Below are positions 53,207-64,000 of a stretch of DNA of 64,000 nt, one piece after another. Positions within the stretch are counted from its first letter, which is position 1; every line of letters begins with the position of its first letter. This stretch comes from Camelus dromedarius. Lineage: Eukaryota. The stretch is taken from the NCBI RefSeq assembly GCF_036321535.1, contig NC_087451.1:31558001-31622000 (forward strand), read 5' to 3'. The position numbers and the translations under genes are program-made. The notes under the pieces were generated by a model. It saw only the letters and a list, made by a program, of their open reading frames with translations, searched no databases and had not been told where the DNA came from.

Positions 53207-55630
53207 TCAGGATGCCTTTGCGGGCATTTTGGTCCCGCAGGACAGGCTGGGGACCAGGTTCGAGGGCTGGCCGCTGAGAGGCGCCGGTGCAGGGAAAGAG
53301 GGCCCGGCCACCTCGCTCACGTGCGTTAGGTCGGTGGACTCGCGCTCCAACACGCTGCTGCCGTGGGCGCCCTGGACCGCGACGCACACGCGGCCAGAGG
53401 CTCTGCGCGGGGCGCGGCGCAGCAAGCCCGCACAGATCTTGCGGAAGCCCTTGCGGAAGTGCTTGGAGACCAGAGCGTAAACGATGGGGTTGACGCAGGA
53501 GTTGGCGTAGGAGACTAGGTGCGAGAGGATACGCAGCGCGTAGGTGGCGCGCGTAAGAGGGAAGCGGCCGAACCACACGCAAAGGATAAGCGTGTGGTGA
53601 GGCATCCAACAAAGGCAGAAGAGTGCGGCCACGATGATGATCATACGCGTCACCTTGCGCTTGGCCCGCCGGGCGCCCGAGCTGGCGGCCACCGGGTCGA
53701 CGGCGCGCCAGAGGTAGCGCAGGGTGCGCGCGTAGGTCAGGCCGAGCACCAGCACGGGGAGCACGTAGCTGAAGACAAAAGTGCAGAGGTCCATGGCGCG
53801 GCGGCGAGGCGCGCTCCACGCCGGGTGGCACACGGTCAGGTTGGCCAGCCTCGACTGGCGGTAGTAACTCAGGTAGGGCCCGGAGAAGAGCAGCGATAGC
53901 CCCCAGATGAACGAGATGGCCGCCAGCGCGTTGCGAGGCGTGCGCAGCTCGCGAGAGTGCAGCGGGTATCGGATGGCCAGATACCTGCGGGTCAGGCCAG
54001 AAAGAGAGACGTCAGGTGAGCCGGCGGATTCTCTAGGCAGGGCTGGGTCCCTCCACCTCGAGCCCTACACCCGCTCTCGAGAAAGAGGAAGGTCCCTAGC
54101 GCAGGTTAACACCGCACAGCGCGCAGGGCGACACAGCGCATCCAGGACACCCTAAGCCGCGCCTAAATGGGGGGTGGGGGGCGTATAATATAGGACTTTC
54201 AGTGGCCCTTCCCGAGACTACTACCACAGCCATGCTCCACCTGGTAGGGCACCCCGAAGATTAAACTGGCTTCGGGACTCCAGAGGATGGAGCTATGATT
54301 ACCCATCAACGATGGTGCCCGGAGAGGTAGGACCCAGGTGCTTGGAAGCTCTAGTAGCAGACAGCCTGGAGATACGTCAGGCAAGGTACCGTGAGGGAAT
54401 TCCTTAGAGAAGCCAACGCTGGGTGCCACCAGCGCTCTTGGAACCAACACACTTCGTATTCAGTGGAATGGGAAGTATACGGGGAATGTAGCCTCACCTG
54501 CTGCCTGTCCAGGGAAGGTCGGGAGGACGTGGGGGCGGGGGGTGGGGGAGCCAGGTGGATACTGGAGTCAGACTCAGATTTTTTCCCCCGGGAATCATCC
54601 AGGTGTCCTTTCAAGATTCAGCTTTGGTGGTGGGGGGGGGACCCTTGGGCGGGCACTCCTCTCCTGCCCTTGACCCCACAGCGGGCCTGCTGTGGGGTAT
54701 GTGCTTGCTGGGACTTTGGTGTGGGCCCTCGCGAAGGACCCAGATTCCGCAGGAAGAACCGGAGAGTCGACTGTGCCCAGCAAACTGTGGCTTCGAGATG
54801 AAGGAGGTGGGGGCGCCTGAGTATGACTCTGGGAGACAGACTTCATGCACAGGATTACTGGATGGGCGACTCTGAGCACATCACTTAGAAACTCCCTCTT
54901 GTCTATAAATTGGGCGCAGTAATCCCTCCCATCCCAGCCTCACAGGGGCGCTGAGCTTCAAGGGAGATCCAACACGCGAGCACGCTTTGTACCCGGAAAC
55001 GCTGTGCTTTGTTAGACGCGGGTGGCGCCATAGAGCTAAGGTCTCCAGCCTGCAGCCTCGAGGACGCATCTAAGAGTACACCAAGGTCCCCCATTCCTAT
55101 TCCTCTTTCTCCTCCATCCTCTCCTGCTTGTCTTTCACTCCCTCCTGGACCCCATGATTTCTTAATGTCCTTTTCTACTCTGCGCATCTCTCCCTGACCA
55201 GCCCCCTTCTCCAGCCCCAGCCTGCGATCCCGACACCCTGGGCCGCCAGGGCCCTCGCTCACCTGTCCAGGGAGACAGCGGCCAGCGTGAAACTGCTGGC
55301 GTGCATGGTGAGGAAGATGAAGAAGTGGACGGCTTTGCAGAGCAGCGAGCCGAACACCCAGCCGTCCAGGGTGTAGATGGTGGCCTGGAAGGGCACGCAG
55401 CACACGATGAAACACAGGTCGGCCACGCCCAGGTTGAGGATGAACAGGTTGGTGGTGCTGACCGCCTGGCCGCCGCGCAGTAGCACGGCCAGCACCAGTG
55501 CGTTGCCCACGGTGCCCACGAAGAAGATGAGCGCAAATAGCACAGGCACGATGACTGCCTCCGGCTGCCAGCTCCCCGCGCCGGCCGCCTCGCTCGCGTC
55601 CTCAGTATCCAGGCCACCCGAGCCATTCAT
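53207..55630 (-). CDS. GALR2: Galanin receptor 2 (class A GPCR); as read 381 aa with a frameshifted C-tail (ancestral-type stop at 53190-53192)
   Basis: Exon 1 55630-55263 (368 nt; MNGSGG...[16 protein letters not shown]...VSLDR) and exon 2 from 53984 ([19 protein letters not shown]...CWMPHH...NSCVNPIVY). The DRY motif is split by the intron. Confidence 0.95.
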
Positions 55631-56300
55631 GATGCCGCCGCACCCGAGGCTGCCAGGGCTTCTGCAGCCGTCTGTGTCCTGGGGAGCGCGCAGCTCCGGC
55701 GGCTCCAGCCGCCGCAGAGCCCAGCTCAACTCCGGGGAGCTGCAGGCGGAGTGAGTCTCGCTGCGGCTGGGGCAGAAGAAGGGGGTGCGCTGGGGCCAGG
55801 GGGAGGAGCGAGCAGCCGCAGGGTGGGATGATCCCCCGCCGCTCTGGGGGAAGGGCTGTCCAGCGGCTCCCGCGCGTCCCGGCCACGGCACAGGCAACCC
55901 ATCCCGGGGACGGAGGGCCTCACTTGTGCCTGCCCGCCGGCCCTCCCGCGTCGTCGGCACGCTCCAGCCTCCAGGTCTGGGCTGTGCCGGGCTGAGCGGT
56001 GAACTGACCTGCCGAGCAGACACTGGAGTAATGGAGGGACCGACCACCGGGACCTGCATGTGCGCAGCGCTGCCAGGAGCGCCCGTCGGCTACCCCGCGC
56101 GCCTAGGCTGGCGCGCCGGACCTCCCGGGGCAGGCTAGTGGCGGGGGAGGGAGGGGTTGTCTTCGAAAGAGTTGCAGGCGGCCCCTACAGTGTAGGGGTG
56201 AGGAGCGATGAGGAGCGGAGGCGGATGAGGGTCTGCAGTTTTCCACAGCTATCGAGTAGGACGGCCCTGGCGGCCCTGCCGTGTGCTCCACTCTTCTTCC
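55150..56300. promoter_or_regulatory. GALR2 CpG island / promoter
   Basis: CpG-dense sequence spanning exon 1 and upstream. Bounds approximate. Confidence 0.7.
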
Positions 56301-57039
56301 CACTGCCAATTCCCAGGAGCACCGCACCTCACAGGAACCCAGGCAGCAGCGGTGCGGAGGGTGGAAGGAGGTTTCTGAGAGAATTTCATTCCCTTCTCTT
56401 CCCCATTGAGTGTTTTCCCCTTTAGTTCAATCCAATAAAAATGTATTGAGCATCTGCTGTGCATCAGGCTTTGTACTTGGCGCGGTGCCTCAGTTTCCAC
56501 AATATTACTATATGGGCCAATAACACCTTCTCCGGGGGCTCTGGTGACGATGGAATGAGATGTATGTGAGACCTGAAGCCAGCAGGTAGAATGAATCAAA
56601 TTCTTCTCTTTCTCTTTAACCTATTCAGATATCCAAAAAGAGAAAACTTGAGGAAATACAAAACACCAGAGTTCCATGCATCAGTACTAGTTTCCTAGAT
56701 GGCCAGGAGAGTGTTTAGGTCACAATAAAACTTAGATATTTGTTTCTGATTTTGTCATACTAGGCACTAAATATTTGTGACCCAGAATCATGTTTCTACA
56801 GATTTTAAAAACTGGGTCTGAAAATCACCGCCTTCTGTAGCTTGACTTCCTGCTTCACCTGTTCCTGTCCTGTTCTTTGAGTCCCAGACAAAAACATTTT
56901 TTTTCTATACTCTCTCCCCCATCTCACCTTCAGGAACCCAGCTAATCACCCCTCTTGGTAGGGAAGGCTTATTCACACCTCTGCCCTGCTCGCTTATTCA
57001 TTGAATAGGAAGATAATAACCATTCATGTTTCTGTGATG

Positions 57040-57600
57040 CTTGCCCATCATTTATTCAGTATGCATTTATAAAGCACCTACTCCTTTTCCAGGCACTGTT
57101 CTGGGTCTTTGGGCTATATCGATGAGCTCTACAAAGATCAAGGCCCTCCACGAGCTTCCTTTCTAGCAGGGGAGACAGACAAGAAACATAACTCAAGTAA
57201 GTTATGAATCAATTACAAGTTGATAAGTACTTGCAGGAGAAGTAGATTAGGGTGAGGGAACAGGGACTCCCAAGGGGGTGGTGATGGTGTAATTTAAAAT
57301 AGGGTGGTCAGGCAGACCTCATTAGGAAGGTGACATGTGAGCAAAGACTTGAAGGAGATGAGGGAGCTAGCTTAGCAGACACCTAAGGGAAGTGCATTCC
57401 AGATAAAAGAGCCAGTGCAAAGACCCTAAAGCAGGAGTGTGACAGTGTCCCTAAATAAGAAGGCTGGTATGGCTTGAGTTGAATGAACCAGAAGGAGACT
57501 GGTAGGAGGGGAGGTGGGAGGCACAGCATGCAGGACTTTTTTTCCATTGTAAGGAGGACTTTTAGTCTGAGAAGAGGAGCCATTGCAGAGTTTCGACTAT
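57040..57600 (-). mobile_element. L2 LINE fragment
   Basis: tttattcagtatgcatttataaagcacctact...aggaaggtgacatgtgagcaaagacttgaagga...gagccattgcagagtttc. Confidence 0.65.
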
Positions 57601-57624
57601 AGGACTAACATGAACAGATTTTTT

Positions 57625-58870
57625 TTTAAAGCGTTACTGAGATATAATTCATATGCCGTACAATTTACCCATAGATAGTGTTTGTTTGATTTTTCGCATA
57701 TTCACAGAGTTATGCAACCATCACCACAAACAGTTTTAGAACATTTTTGTCCCTGCCAAAAGACACCTCCCACCCCTAGCCCTAGGAAACCACTCTTTCT
57801 GTCTCTAGATTTGCCTATTCTGGCCATTTGATATAAATGGAGTGATACAATNNNNNNNNNNNNNNNNNNNNNNNNNNNNNNNNNNNNNNNNNNNNNNNNN
57901 NNNNNNNNNNNNNNNNNNNNNNNNNNNNNNNNNNNNNNNNNNNNNNNNNNNNNNNNNNNNNNNNNNNNNNNNNNNNNNNNNNNNNNNNNNNNNNNNNNNN
58001 NNNNNNNNNNNNNNNNNNNNNTTTAAAATTATTTTTAATCATGGTAAAATATACAATGCACAATTTGTCATCTTAAACATTTTAAGAGTACAGTTCAGTA
58101 GTGTTAAGTATGTTCACATTGCTGTACAACCAATCTCCACAACTTTTTATTTTTAGAGGAGGTACTGGGGATTGAACCCAGGACCTTGTGCATGCTAAGC
58201 ATGAGCTCTACCACTTGAGCTATATTCCTCCCTGTCCAGAACTTTTTGATTTTTGCAAAACTGAAACTCTATAACCATTGAACAATAACTCCCCATTTCC
58301 CCTGCCTCCAGCCCCTGGCAACCACCATTCTACTTTCTATACATTTGACTACACTAGATACCCCATATAAGTGGAATCATACCATATCTGTCAATTTGTG
58401 GCAGGCTTACTTAACTTAGGACAATATTTTCAAGATTCATCATGTNNNNNNNNNNNNNNNNNNNNNNNNNNNNNNNNNNNNNNNNNNNNNNNNNNNNNNN
58501 NNNNNNNNNNNNNNNNNNNNNNNNNNNNNNNNNNNNNNNNNNNNNNNNNNNNNNNNNNNNNNNNNNNNNNNNNNNNNNNNNNNNNNNNNNNNNNNATGTC
58601 TTTTCAAGACCAGCTTTCAATTCTTTGGTATATATATCCAGAAGTGGAATTGGTGGATCATATGGTAATTCTTTTAATTTTCCAAAGAACTGTCATACTG
58701 TCTTCCATTGTGGGCATACCATTTTCTATTTCCACCAAGCTTATAATTTCTCCACATCTTCACCAATACATGTTATTTTCTGTTATTGTTATTTTTAATA
58801 GCAGCCATCCTAATGAGTGTAAGGTGATAACTCATTGTGGTTTTGATTTGCATTTCCCTGATGATTAATG
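57625..58870 (-). mobile_element. L1M 3'UTR fragments with two N-runs and a nested SINE
   Basis: gagatataattcatatgccgtacaatttaccc...ggaatcataccatatc...gatttgcatttccctgatgatta. Confidence 0.75.
58145..58232 (-). mobile_element. tRNA-Ala-derived SINE
   Basis: gaggaggtactggggattgaacccaggaccttgtgcatgctaagcatgagctctaccacttgagctatattcctccc. Confidence 0.85.
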
Positions 58871-59299
58871 TAGATTTACTTTCAAACGCACCATTTCATT
58901 TAGTCTTCATAACCGTCTTAATTGGTTATCACCAGTCACAGATGAGGGTAAAGCTTTAGAGGGAGATTAAGTTATTTGTCCACAATCTCCCAGCTAATAA
59001 TGGCGGAGCCAGAATTGGAGCTGCAGAGCTGACTCTAGAGCTCGCACTGTCATACTGCAGAGTAAAGATTTATAGTATCCCTCGCTTTAAAACTTCTCTC
59101 TCCTCGGATTGCTCGCCCCAGAGAAGAGCACAGATCCCCATCGGTCTGAGAAAGTCCCTGTATTATGGTCGGCTCCAGAGGAAAGCGCAGACACAGGCTG
59201 TTCCCTCACAGACGGGGTGATTCGATCCGTAGGGTGAGAACCCCATCTCCTGAGTCCCCAGGGAGGTAGACATTCCGAAATCCAAAGGTCTTATCCAAC

Positions 59300-60000
59300 C
59301 GCCCTAGCCCTTTGTGCACGGGACATGAGCCGGATCCCCGGTGCAGGGATGCGGGGTCTGGGAGCGCATCTCTGGGTCCTCCGCCTTTGGTGGACGGGAA
59401 ATGGTATTTCCCTAAAAGACCTCAGCAGCTACGGTCTCCTAGCATGTCGGGGCCCTCGGACTATCCCGCCACCCTTCGAGCCGCCGGAATCTAAGCCCAC
59501 GCGCAAGCACGCTCCAACAAGTGGCCGCAGTCTGCGGGCAGGGCCGTCGGCAGCGGAGTCCGCCGCTATCCCGTCAGCCCGTCCGAGCAGGTCCCGCTCT
59601 CTCCCGCTCGGGTCGTCCCGCCTCCTCTATCCCGTCCTGCTCTGCGGCGCACGGGCAAGATGGCTGCTGAGAAACAGGTTCCTGGAGGCGGCGGCGGCGG
59701 TAGCAGCAGCGGCGGTGGCAGTGGCGGTAGCGGTGGTGGACGCGGTGCCGGAGGAGAGGAAAATAAGGAAAACGAACGGCCTTCAGCCGGATCGAAGGCA
59801 AATAAAGAATTCGGGGATAGCCTGAGTTTGGAGAGTATCCTTCAGTAATGGGGCCTAACTCGCAATGACTACGTGTCGATCTGGCGGGCCGGGGGCGGGA
59901 GAGGCGACGGGGCCCGGCACGTCCTGGGCAGAAGAGGCCGAAGGTTGCAGTTTCTCTCGCCCCTACTTTTTTGGCATTTAGAATTCCAAGGTCTCTGTTT
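59300..60000. promoter_or_regulatory. SRP68 CpG-island promoter
   Basis: CpG-dense around the start codon. Bounds approximate. Confidence 0.7.
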
Positions 60001-61471
60001 CGACCGGCCTTTCCTTGCATCTCCTTTACCCTCCAGTCTGGGGAACGTCCTCTTCTTTCAGGCAGCACCGGAATCCTGGGCAGTTTTCTGTAGTTTCCCC
60101 GCAGTTGCCCAGTTGGAGAGCTGGTGAAGGGGCAGACACTGTGGCCACCTTGGTGAACTACTGCCTTGGCACCTTGGGCCACTGTATCAGGGAAAGGAAA
60201 CTGCAGTCTTGACCTGTCGACTCAATATTTCTGACAACCGTCGAAGAATAGATAATGAAAATTACAGTCTGATGCTCTGGAAGTGGAGGCAAAAGTTGAC
60301 TGTTCTAAGGAAAAACTTATTGCCTGTTTTGAATATAAACCAAAGCAGGTTGTGAACATTACTTGTATACCTTACTTAGCAGGTCTGGAGGCATTTTATC
60401 TTGTTGAGAGTAGTTCATATGAGCTGGAGGAATTGGTTACTAGTTTTCACCAGAGTGTATCACAGTTGAGTGCTTATGACACTAATTTGTGGCTTTTTGA
60501 AATGAAAAGTAGTGGAGAAAATGGAAGTGAATTTTTGAAATAACACATTTAGCCTGACATCTTAATATAGTGAAGTTTTCAAGGGGTTGGGAGTTTAACT
60601 TTCTGAACTGGTGACATACTTCCAAATGGATGTTAGAATGCCTTAATTTTACTACAAACCTTATATTTCCTTGTCTCTTTTTAGTTATTGAAATAGTCTT
60701 GTTTATTTTAAAATACACCTATAGAGAAGCATTGAGGAAACTTTAAAAGAAAACTAAAATTGTAGACAAAGGTCACTGGACTTACTAAAGTTTGAGACAG
60801 TCTTAAAATATTTTGAGATCCTTAAGGAGAGTTTGGTCAGTGCTTTTTCTTTTAAAAGACAAACTGGGATTTTAATGCAAACTGTGGTCTTGTTTGGTTG
60901 GCGTGTGCTTACCATAGGCACTTGCAACGTCACAGCTGTTAAGGAAAGTCAGGTTTAGCAGATGTAGGAGGTTATGCAAATAGAGAAGTAATACACGTCA
61001 TTTATAGCCTGAATCTGCTTGAATGAGTAAAATATTGGGTCCAGGTGTAAATCAGTGGGAACCACCCCAGATACAGCCAGCCTTTAGAATCCAGCAGCTT
61101 TATTTAAGCTGTTGGGTTTCATTAATCCTCAATGGCCAATAATGCCCTCCTTTTTCAGTTTGAAAGTAGTAATAGTTCAGGCAATCAACTTTTCTGCATG
61201 CTTACAAGATAGCTGTCCTATTACAAGATAGCTATTGAAAATGGTTACCAGAGATTTCACTAGTTAATGTACTAAGTATTTCAGAAATGTTTAATGTGCT
61301 ATAGTTTGATGCAAATATAAACTAATGATACTAATATATAAGACTAATGTTTTGATTTATTTTGATTCTTGCCATTGTGAGCTTTTCCTTAATCTTGGCT
61401 CTAGTTCTTCAGATAATTAAGGAATCCCAGCAGCAGCATGGTTTACGGCATGGAGATTTTCAGAGGTACAG
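59660..61471 (+). CDS. SRP68: Signal recognition particle subunit SRP68, exons 1-2 (gene continues beyond the window)
   Basis: Exon 1 59660-59834 (MAAEKQVPGGGGGG...EENKENERPSAGSKANKEFGDSLSLE) and exon 2 61405-61471 (ILQIIKESQQQHGLRHGDFQRYR). Confidence 0.96.
59835..61404 (+). other. U12-type (minor spliceosome) GT-AG intron 1 of SRP68
   Basis: 5' splice site GTATCCTT; branch point TTCCTTAAT at 61385-61393, 11 nt before the intron end, with no long polypyrimidine tract. Confidence 0.9.
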
Positions 61472-62199
61472 GTTAGTATCATGTTCAAGATGTATAGAAA
61501 TCATTGTGGAATTTCCAAACTTGGTTTGCTTTCATTAATAACCTACTTACTCTGCTCTATCAGAAAGTCTAGCTCTTAACTTATATTGAATCCTCAAAAA
61601 GATACTTAATTTTCCAATTTAAAAGGAGCCCATCTTTTTATCCATTTTGCCTCACAGTATTGCAGATACATTGGAGACTTCTGAGAATAACAAGCAGTTA
61701 TTATAATCTTTTTAAAATTTTAACCATGTTACAGAATCTTGGTTAAGTTCAGATTTTTGGTATTTCAAGCATTGTTTAAAGGGAATTTCTATACTGTCAT
61801 TAAAATTTATTGGTAAACTTTTGTAACAACCTTCAAGTTGAAAAACATTTAATGACAAAAAACTGAATATGTGCTTAATATATAATACAATTCAGTACTT
61901 TGAAAGCAGACATATCCAACTATTTCTATATTGTAGATACAGGCTTTGATTACCTGATTTTTAAAAGTACTACTAAAACACTCTACATCTCAGATTCTAA
62001 GAAATTAGCTTTGTGGTGAAGGGCCAAGCACTGCAGCAAAGTGATCAAGATGAGGAGAGATGCGAGAGGAAGTGGGAGAAGCAGGCAGGGCCAGGACGTG
62101 TGGGACCCTATCGGCCAGGGTGACTCGTTCAGGTGTTAATCCAGCTGTACTGGGAAGCCACGAGTTTTAAACAAAAGATTGTTAGAATTTGATTTTTTT

Positions 62200-64000
62200 T
62201 TTTTAATTATTAAAGAAATTTTCGAAACTAAATGTGGAGATGTTAGTATAGTGAACCTATTACTCAGTTGTTACGTAATCAGCTTCCTGCCCTATTAGTT
62301 TCCTCTGTTCCCTCTCCTTTTTAAAAACATTTTATTGAAGGATTTTTAAAAATCATTTTATTGAAATATTGTTTATGTACAGGAAAGTGTACAGAAGATG
62401 ATGAATTTTTTACAACCTGTAACCAGCACCCAGATTGAGATGGAACAAACATTACCAGCATCCCAGAAGTCCCTCTTTTGCTCTTCTAATCACAAACCCT
62501 TCCTCCCCAGGGATCATCACAATCATGACTTCTAATCCTTAGATGGCTTTGCTTATTTTTGAAATGTATCTACATAGCATCACATAGTATATATAGTACT
62601 CTTTTGTGAGCGCCATCTTTCTTTGCTGTCTTTCTTTCAACATTATGTTTGACATTCTTCCATGTTGTTGTGTATAGTTGTAGTTCTTTTATTCTCATTG
62701 CTTTATGGTATTCTCTTATGTGATTGTACCACAATTTATTTTCTACTGTACCATTGCTGGGCATTTGGCCAGTTTCCTGTTCGGGCTGTTACGAAGAGTG
62801 CTGCCATAAACATTCTTATACATGTCTTGGTGGAGAGAAGTATTCATTTCTATTGAAAATATACCCAGGAGTGGAATTCAATAGAATATGTTTATGTTCA
62901 GCCTCAATAATATACTGCCAAGCGGTTTTTCAAGTTTGTTGCACCAGTTTACACCTCCTACCAGCAGTGTTTGAGACCTCAGCTGCTCCACGTCCTTGCC
63001 AGCGTTTGGTATGGTCTGTGTTGCATTTTTTGCTGGATTATTTGAAAGCAAATCCTAAACATTTTATCATTTCAACCATCAATACTCTAGTTTGTATTTC
63101 TGACAAATAAAGCTTTTGAAAAACATAAGCAAAATAAAATACTGTTATCCCACTTAACCAAATTAGCGATAATTTCTCAGTATCATCATATATAATGATG
63201 CAAATAATGTAAAAATGCCATCGTTATTAAGTTTGCCCTGATTTTTTTTAATGTTTACTTATTTCTTAATGGAGGTACTGGGGATTGAATCCAGGACCTC
63301 ATGCATGCTAAGCAGGCACTCTACACCGAGCTATATCCTCCCCCTTGCCCTGATGTTTTTTTAAAAGTCTTCATAACTTTAAAAATTTGAAAGTCTCAGA
63401 CTTACAGAAAAGTTACTAGTATACTACAAATAACACTTTATTCCTGAATCATTGAGGGTAGATTGCGTACCTGATGCCCATTGCCCCGGAATACTTTTAA
63501 TGTGTATTTGCTACAAACAAGGACATTTTCCTACATAACTGCCATAATCAAAAGCAAGAAACTAATGATAAATTGTTATCTGATCATCAGACCCCATTCA
63601 GGATTTCCTAACTGTCCCAGTAATTTCCTTTATTGCAAAAGGATCCAGTTCAGAATCACTGCATATGGTTGTCATAGCTCTTTAATCTTCACTGCAGCAT
63701 GGTCCCTCAGTCTTTGATTTTTCAAGATCTTGATGCTTCTGAAGATTACAGGCCAGTTATTTTGTGGAGTGTCACTCACTTTCAGTTTATTTGATGTTGC
63801 CTCATGATGAGATTCAGGTTATCCATCTTTTTCAGGAACATCACAGAAGTAATGCTGCATTCATCTCATTGCACCCATCTGGTGGTCCACAATTTCAGTT
63901 CGTTCCATTAGTGATGTTCATTTTGTTCACTTAGGATGACCTCGGCCAGACTTCGCCACTGTAAAGTTACTCCTTTACCCTTTGTAATTACTAAGAATTT
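62200..64000 (-). mobile_element. L1M 3'UTR fragments in SRP68 intron 2
   Basis: cattttattgaaatattg...aaccagcacccagattgaga; acaaacaaggacattttcctacataact...ggatccagttcagaatcac. Bounds approximate. Confidence 0.65.
63243..63344 (-). mobile_element. tRNA-Ala-derived SINE with TSD
   Basis: ggaggtactggggattgaatccaggacctcatgcatgctaagcaggcactctacaccgagctatatcctcccc; TSD TTGCCCTGAT at 63233-63242 and 63345-63354. Confidence 0.88.

Noticed and set aside
53190-53831. Separate 213-aa minus-strand gene
   Set aside because: An alternative frame of GALR2 exon 2; only its last 36 or so residues are meaningful (see the frameshift finding).
55631-56059. 143-codon in-frame N-terminal extension of GALR2 from an upstream ATG
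   Set aside because: Low-complexity Pro/Gly/Arg sequence typical of CpG islands; the ATG at 55630 reproduces the orthologous 368-nt exon 1 CDS.

Overview
Mammalian genomic DNA, not microbial. It carries the conserved RNF157-FOXJ1-EXOC7-ZACN-GALR2-SRP68 block (human 17q25.1 synteny, reverse orientation). The contents are the last coding exon and 3'UTR of RNF157 (+), complete FOXJ1 (+, 421 aa), complete EXOC7/Exo70 (+, 653-aa core plus alternative exons), an intact ZACN zinc-activated Cys-loop channel (-, 420 aa), GALR2 (-), and the first two exons of SRP68 (+). Seven short tRNA-Ala(AGC)-derived SINEs, with no Alu, Bov-tA or PRE-1, suggest a camelid (inference). The most notable observations are: a 1-nt frameshift in the GALR2 C-tail with the ancestral tail preserved in the adjacent frame; an apparently collapsed in-frame ZACN intron 1 and a shortened ZACN M1-M2 loop; a U12-type SRP68 intron 1; a candidate 12-nt EXOC7 microexon; a stop-containing RNF157 cassette exon resembling the MGRN1 alternative C-terminus; and an intergenic inverted repeat of a TF-motif cluster. 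I read exon boundaries by hand. Comparisons with human, dog and fish proteins come from memory and need checking by alignment. Seven N-runs hide sequence, probably including EXOC7 exon 7. No wholly new biological system is evident.
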